Assembly: GCA_024276015.1 (NCBI GenBank)
Contig: JAJRXZ010000090.1
Location: 5,654-69,653 of the forward strand
Origin: Spirochaetota bacterium
Lineage (GTDB): Bacteria > Spirochaetota > UBA4802 > UBA5550
Length of the DNA: 64,000 nucleotides
Direction of reading: 5' to 3'
Below, one piece after another: positions 59,433 through 64,000 of this stretch (positions are counted from its first letter, which is position 1; each line of letters opens with the position of its first letter). Under the pieces are notes generated by a model that was given only the letters and a program-made list of their open reading frames with translations, made no database searches and was not told the origin of the DNA. The translations under genes and the position numbers were made by a program.

Positions 59433-61154
59433 ATGAACGGTAAATTATCAGACCTATATAATATTTTAGTCTTTGCAGATGAAGAAACACTCATAAAAAT
59501 TGAAGATATGATCTCAACTGCGGAGAATTATTCCTGTCGATATATTTCAACAATCGATGATATATGTCAATATTTCGATGACAATATTCCTCATATTGTT
59601 ATACTTGCCGATAATCCTGCAAAGGGTTTCGATCCTGTTGAAATTTATAATACAATAAAAGGTGAATTAACCAAGAATATTCCTGTCATTTTAATAACAG
59701 ATAGCAGCGGCACTGATCTCCGTGAAAAGCTTGATGAAATAAGACCCTTTGGCGTTATAAACGGGCCTGTAGAGAAAGATATTCTGCTTTATGCGATACA
59801 AAATTCTTTAGAGAAAAATTATGAAATACTGAATATGAAGGAAGAAAAAAGATATGAAGAACTCTTCGATAACTTGAACTGCGGCATGATTGTGTATAAA
59901 CCGATTAATAACGGCAATGACTTTGTCCATTTGCACTTTAACAGAGCTGCGGAAAAGTTCGAAAATATTTTAAAAGAAAAGGTTCTTGGGAAGAGCATAA
60001 ATGAGATTTTCCCTCAGGCGGAAATAACAGGTCTCTTTAAAATAATGCAGGAAGTTCTGAATGACGGAAATCCCAGACATCATACTATATCTTTTTATAA
60101 AAAGGACGGGTCCCTTCATTGGAGGGATACATATACATACAGGCTCTCTTCAGGGAATATAGTCGTTAAGTATGATGATGTATCGGATAAAATAAAAACC
60201 GAAAAGCTGATAAATGAATCAAAGCATATATATTCCGCTGTTCTCGGTAATACCAATGATATGATCTTCATCCTCAATCGGGATGGTATTGTTACCTATG
60301 CCAACAGATCTGTTTCAAATCATTATGAAATTAAAGAGATGGATTATGCCAATAATGCCATCCATTTTTCTTTTTTCTGGTGCGGAGATTCAATTGATAA
60401 AGTGATGGAAGCAATAACTTATGTTATTCAGAAAGGGCAGGGTACATCAATTGAATGCATTTGCGGTATTAATCACTTTAAGCTTGATATAACGCCCATA
60501 ATGAATAAAGACGCTGTTTCTTCAATAATATGTGTGGCTTCGGATATTACCGAATTAAAAAATGAGAGGGAAAAGCTTAAAAAAGCGCTGAATGCCAGTA
60601 TAAATCTGGTTGCAAAAATACTTGAATCAAAGGATCCCTATACAGTGGGGCATCAGCACAATGTTGCTATGTTTGCAAAGGATATAGCAAAGGAGATGGA
60701 TCTGCCCGAAGAGAAGATCGATCTGATCTGGCTGGCATCTCTTATCCATGATATTGGCAAAATTGAGATTCCCTCTGAAATTCTAAGCAGGCCCGGAAAA
60801 CTTTCGAATAAAGAATTCGATCTCATTAAAGAGCATCCTGTAACTGCTTATAAAATCCTCTTAAAAGAATATCCAAGACCTTTTCCGGATATAATTTACC
60901 AGCATCATGAGAGATATGACGGTTCCGGATATCCCCTCGGATTGGCCGGCGAGGAAATACTTATTGAGGCAAGGGTCATCGCTGTTGCAGATGTTGTTGA
61001 AGCAATTGCCTCTAACAGACCCTACAGGCCCGGGCTTGGTCTTGAAAAAGCCATTGAAGAGATAACCATATACAAGAATATCTATTTTGACGCTAAGGTT
61101 GTTGATGCGGCGCTTATTTTGCTGAAGGAGAGAAATTTTGGATTTGGAGAATGA
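59433..61154 (+). CDS. atypical receiver - PAS - PAS - HD-GYP domain protein
   Basis: 573-aa ORF. The C-terminal HD-GYP is intact (HDIGKI ... HHERYDGSGYP). The middle is PAS-like. The N-terminal REC-like fold shows AD instead of DD and no clear phospho-acceptor context. Confidence 0.8.
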   Translation: MNGKLSDLYNILVFADEETLIKIEDMISTAENYSCRYISTIDDICQYFDDNIPHIVILADNPAKGFDPVEIYNTIKGELTKNIPVILITDSSGTDLREKLDEIRPFGVINGPVEKDILLYAIQNSLEKNYEILNMKEEKRYEELFDNLNCGMIVYKPINNGNDFVHLHFNRAAEKFENILKEKVLGKSINEIFPQAEITGLFKIMQEVLNDGNPRHHTISFYKKDGSLHWRDTYTYRLSSGNIVVKYDDVSDKIKTEKLINESKHIYSAVLGNTNDMIFILNRDGIVTYANRSVSNHYEIKEMDYANNAIHFSFFWCGDSIDKVMEAITYVIQKGQGTSIECICGINHFKLDITPIMNKDAVSSIICVASDITELKNEREKLKKALNASINLVAKILESKDPYTVGHQHNVAMFAKDIAKEMDLPEEKIDLIWLASLIHDIGKIEIPSEILSRPGKLSNKEFDLIKEHPVTAYKILLKEYPRPFPDIIYQHHERYDGSGYPLGLAGEEILIEARVIAVADVVEAIASNRPYRPGLGLEKAIEEITIYKNIYFDAKVVDAALILLKERNFGFGE

Positions 61155-62203
61155 ACTTTTTTATGAGCGGACAACTTAAAGACAATTATAAGATCAAAAG
61201 AATGCAGGATGAACTTTCCCTGTTAAATGCGCATATACTGATCGTGGATGATGAAATCGAAATAGCGAGATTAACAAAGAGAATAATTGAGTCTTTCGGA
61301 TGCGTAAACGTCAATACTGTCAATAACTGGAAAGACGCGCTGAATTTCCTTGAAAAGAATACGGTTGACCTTACAATTATGGATATTGATCTCAGCAGTA
61401 CTGTTGACGGAATTGATCTTGTTAAAATGATAAAAGAGAAATATGATTGCGCAATAATATACCTGACAGGTTGGTTTAATGATGATGTATTCCAGAAGGC
61501 AAAAAGTACATATCCATCGGGCTATCTGCTGAAGCCCTTTGATTCCAATTCACTCAAAGCGCACATTGAAATTGCATTGCACAATCAGACCATGAAACAG
61601 GAAAATGTAATTCTTAAGAGGGCAATTATTCAGACAATTGTTGCCATGGAGAAAACTGTGGCAATGAAAGACCCATATACATCGCGTCATCAGAACAGAG
61701 TTTCCAGACTTGCTGTTGCAATAGGAGAAGAGATGGGGCTGGCTCCTGATATTATAGAAGGGATCCGCTATGCAGGTTTGATACATGAATACGGCAAAAT
61801 TTTTGTCCCTACGGAAATCTTAAGCAAGCCGGGTAAACTTTCGGATGTGCAGTTTGAATTGATCAAAGATCATCCGCTTAAAGGCTATGAAGCATTGATC
61901 AATATAGATTTTCCCTGGCCCATTGCGGAAATAATACTCCAGCATCATGAAAGGATGGACGGTTCCGGATATCCCAGAAAGCTGTCCGGAGATGATATTA
62001 TGCTGGAAGCAAGAATTATTGCAGTTGCCGATGTTGTGTCTTCAATCACCTCGTATAAATCATACAGAGAGGCAAAACCGATAAAAACAGCGCTTGACGA
62101 GATTGAGACTAACAAAAATCCGTATTCCGGAGAACAATTGTACGATCCTGATGTTGTTGCTGCATGCCTGAAGCTGTTCAGAGAGAACATATTTTCATTT
62201 TGA
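61151..62203 (+). CDS. response regulator with HD-GYP output domain (RpfG-like; HD motif reads HE)
   Basis: 350-aa ORF. REC is canonical (VDDE, IMDIDL, YLTG, LLKP). The HD-GYP domain has HHERMDGSGYP but LIHEYGKI at the HD position. ATGA overlap with the upstream gene. Confidence 0.8.
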   Translation: MNFFMSGQLKDNYKIKRMQDELSLLNAHILIVDDEIEIARLTKRIIESFGCVNVNTVNNWKDALNFLEKNTVDLTIMDIDLSSTVDGIDLVKMIKEKYDCAIIYLTGWFNDDVFQKAKSTYPSGYLLKPFDSNSLKAHIEIALHNQTMKQENVILKRAIIQTIVAMEKTVAMKDPYTSRHQNRVSRLAVAIGEEMGLAPDIIEGIRYAGLIHEYGKIFVPTEILSKPGKLSDVQFELIKDHPLKGYEALINIDFPWPIAEIILQHHERMDGSGYPRKLSGDDIMLEARIIAVADVVSSITSYKSYREAKPIKTALDEIETNKNPYSGEQLYDPDVVAACLKLFRENIFSF

Positions 62204-62364
62204 TCTCTCCCTTAATTAAAGGATCCCATATTTCTACAGCTATCTTTTAAAAAAGATGATAGGATTAGATAAATGGGAGTCATTAAGCAGTTGGCGAGGA
62301 AATGGGTTTGGTAATACACTCCCTCGCCAAAGGTAAGATATCTGCTGAATTTTTCTCTGTTTGC

Positions 62365-62727
62365 TTATACTGCTTCGGCGCTGATCTCACCTTTTTTTGA
62401 ACCTTTAGGCGGCTCAAGAAATCTGACTTCATTAGCAACTATCTTAATTTTTGACTGGACTTTGCCGTCTTTCCCTTCCCATCTGTCCTGCCGCAATGCT
62501 CCTATAACCATGACTCTTCTGCCTTTGGAAATATTCTCTGCGCAGATTGCAGCGGTTTTTTCCCATGTCTCAACGCCGATAAAAGAGACCTTCGGTTCCG
62601 AATCGGCTTTTGTGTAGTGATTAACTGCAAGAGAGAATGAACAGACCGCCTTCCCTGTTTTTGTTTCTCTTAAGATCGGGCTGTGTGTGACAAATCCTTC
62701 AATTGTTGCTGTCGCGTAATTTCTCAT
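62365..62727 (-). CDS. single-stranded DNA-binding (OB-fold) protein lacking the acidic C-terminal tail
   Basis: 120-aa ORF with an SSB OB-fold pattern (ATIEGFVTHSPILRETKTGKAVCSFSLAVN ... VETWEKTA ... KGRRVMVIGALRQDRWEGKDG). It ends ...GEISAEAV, with no Gly/Pro-rich linker or DDDIPF-type tip. Confidence 0.7.
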   Translation of the reverse strand: MRNYATATIEGFVTHSPILRETKTGKAVCSFSLAVNHYTKADSEPKVSFIGVETWEKTAAICAENISKGRRVMVIGALRQDRWEGKDGKVQSKIKIVANEVRFLEPPKGSKKGEISAEAV

Positions 62728-62889
62728 AATAGTATTCTCCTGATTATTAATATTGACTTGCGTCTCTATTGTTATTACGATTGAGAATCGGAAAAAGCGG
62801 ATATTTTTTGGGAATTATGGCAAAATTATTGTAATTTTTAAGATTCTTCCGCTTTGTTGGGAAAGAATGCCTATAAGTTTCTAAAATAT

Positions 62890-63014
62890 CCCCCTAAATC
62901 TGCCACAGGCACTTCCGTTGGTTGCCTCGCCGAAGGGATCTTAGTAGGGGGATCGTGCTGCTTTATGCCCTGTGCAAGCAGAGTTAAAGTGGCTGCGGCA
63001 GAATTAAGGGGGGG
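62890..63014. ncRNA. candidate structured RNA (family and strand unassigned)
   Basis: GC-rich island in an AT-rich divergent intergenic region. Nested complementary arms are 62890-62904/62997-63012 and 62904-62910/62967-62974, with a side hairpin at 62978-62996. No ORF covers it. Confidence 0.4.
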
Positions 63015-63080
63015 TGTTCAAGAATAAATTAAGGGGCTTGACAAAATAATAGTGCTCCCCATTTCTTTCAAAAAACCGGA

Positions 63081-63398
63081 ATGGCCATTAATTTTTTAAT
63101 AACTTATAGTAAAATTATTATGGACGAAACAAAGGATAATGTTAAATATTCTGAATTTGAGCTGGGAAATGAACTTGATCTCCATCATTTTCATCCCCGT
63201 GATACGAAAGCTCTGGTAAATGAGTTTTTACTGAATGCAAAGCGTAAAAAGTATAAAACAGTAAGAATAATTCATGGCAAGGGCAGGTCTCGGAAAAAGA
63301 GGGAGCTTTACAAAATTCTCGAATCGCATCCTGATGTTGTAAATTTCAGTGATGACGATTATAACTGGGGAGCAGCAATAATAAAATTGGAAATATGA
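63081..63398 (+). CDS. Smr domain-containing protein
   Basis: 105-aa ORF with an Smr pattern (ELDLHHF ... ALVNEFL ... VRIIHGKGRS). An alternative start is the ATG at 63120. Confidence 0.7.
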   Translation: MAINFLITYSKIIMDETKDNVKYSEFELGNELDLHHFHPRDTKALVNEFLLNAKRKKYKTVRIIHGKGRSRKKRELYKILESHPDVVNFSDDDYNWGAAIIKLEI

Positions 63399-63404
63399 GA
63401 TTTG

Positions 63405-63779
63405 TCATTCATCCTGGGGATCTTTGATCCTTTGGAGAACCTGCCTGATGAGATCCAAATACTCTTTTTGGTTGTTGATATGTCTTTTTACCAGTTCGTT
63501 GTTTTCAAGTTCTTCCTTTATTATTTCCATTTCTCGTGATTGATCAACAAGAGGAGTTTCACCTTTTCTGATCTTATTATTCAAATTACTGCCTATAAAT
63601 ATCAATTTTTCAAGCAGCAGCTGAGATTTTCTGTCATTTCTTATTTCAGATAAACTCTTGTTATACTTTATGCTTATTTCGCTGTTTTTAATGAGCTGTG
63701 AAAGCTTTTTGGCTTTCCTGATAATGATCGAGTAATCCTTAAGCATAGTAGGGTTCCCTTTAATAATATCAATGATCAA
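63405..63779 (-). CDS. hypothetical helical protein (possibly YlbF/YmcA family)
   Basis: 124-aa ORF from TTG, with an ATG at 63746. Its helical, charged pattern loosely resembles YlbF/YmcA. Tentative. Confidence 0.35.
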   Translation of the reverse strand: MIIDIIKGNPTMLKDYSIIIRKAKKLSQLIKNSEISIKYNKSLSEIRNDRKSQLLLEKLIFIGSNLNNKIRKGETPLVDQSREMEIIKEELENNELVKRHINNQKEYLDLIRQVLQRIKDPQDE

Positions 63780-63954
63780 ATTGAATTGTTTATTAAAATA
63801 TAAAAGTATAAAATTTAAAAAAATACAAAAAATATTATTTTGACATAATAAAATTATTGTAATTTATTATTCTATTGATTATGTTTATAACATTATATAA
63901 AATCAGTATATTGTAAATATTATATATTATTTTATTAAAAAAAGTGAGTCAACT

Positions 63955-64000
63955 ATGAAAAAACAACTGTTAAAAAATACTTTATTAATGATCTTTATAT
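63955..64000 (+). CDS. 5' end of an ORF running off the window (signal-peptide-like)
   Basis: ATG at 63955 followed by MKKQLLKNTLLMIFI. Only 15 codons are visible. Confidence 0.25.
   Translation, partial: MKKQLLKNTLLMIFI

Noticed and set aside
62291-62330. Hairpin TTGGCGAGG-22 nt-CCCTCGCCAA between the convergent HD-GYP and ssb-like genes, considered as a bidirectional terminator.
   Set aside because: The loop is large and there is no U-tract on either strand. It may still be a Rho-dependent or processing site, but it cannot be supported as an intrinsic terminator.
62890-63014. Identification of the GC-rich island as a c-di-GMP-I riboswitch (minus strand contains GCACAGGGCA, as in the Vc2 aptamer core) or as SRP RNA (plus strand contains GTTGGTT, as in E. 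coli 4.5S).
   Set aside because: Only these short strings match. The second conserved GEMM block (GACGCAAAGC) and the tetraloop/receptor hairpins are not found. CACAGGGCA pairs neatly with TGCCTGTG instead. No GGAA-tetraloop / AGCAGCC helix-8 motif for SRP is present. It is kept as an unassigned RNA candidate, not as either family.
1-64000. CRISPR arrays, tRNA/rRNA genes, transposases, integrases, prophage genes or known defence systems (RM, TA pairs, CBASS, retrons).
   Set aside because: Reading all intergenic regions and ORF translations showed no regularly spaced direct repeats, no tRNA-like T-loop/acceptor patterns and no recombinase, RT or nuclease-helicase signatures. Absence was judged by eye only; tRNAscan-SE, minced and DefenseFinder would confirm it.

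Overview
AT-rich bacterial chromosomal segment, densely coding on both strands, with no plasmid or phage hallmarks. Most genes are housekeeping: hflX, secA, a phosphohexomutase, RNase P RNA (rnpB), sppA, an aspartate-type aminotransferase, thiC/thiS/thiE, aroA/aroH, rsmE, dapA/dapB, rho, rpmE, uvrC, mutS, miaB, purB and recO. There are also signalling proteins (GAF-SpoIIE phosphatase, HAMP-TPR protein, two HD-GYP proteins, a DUF3365 haem sensor) and an envelope glycosylation trio (GT-C/ArnT-like, GtrA, GT2). I saw no rRNA, tRNA, CRISPR array, transposase, integrase or recognisable defence system. The taxon cannot be assigned from sequence alone; several radical-SAM and 2-hydroxyacyl-CoA-dehydratase-type genes suggest an anaerobe. 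Items worth a second look: (1) a ~100-bp MITE/REP-like repeat present four times between 13.2 and 18.8 kb, one copy just upstream of rnpB; (2) a GC-rich, strongly self-complementary ~125-nt intergenic island at 62.9 kb that looks like an unassigned structured RNA; (3) a translationally coupled DUF62 SAM-hydrolase / HD / COG1031-like radical-SAM operon with a C-x5-C-x2-C cluster motif; (4) a membrane haem (DUF3365) sensor whose only cytoplasmic part is a ~50-aa CxxC...CxxC module. Four genes are visibly damaged: recO has an in-frame TAG, the HAMP-TPR gene is frameshifted at an A5 run, and there are a 5'-truncated patatin gene and an AraC remnant. All functional calls come from reading the translations and recalling family motifs; no database search was run.
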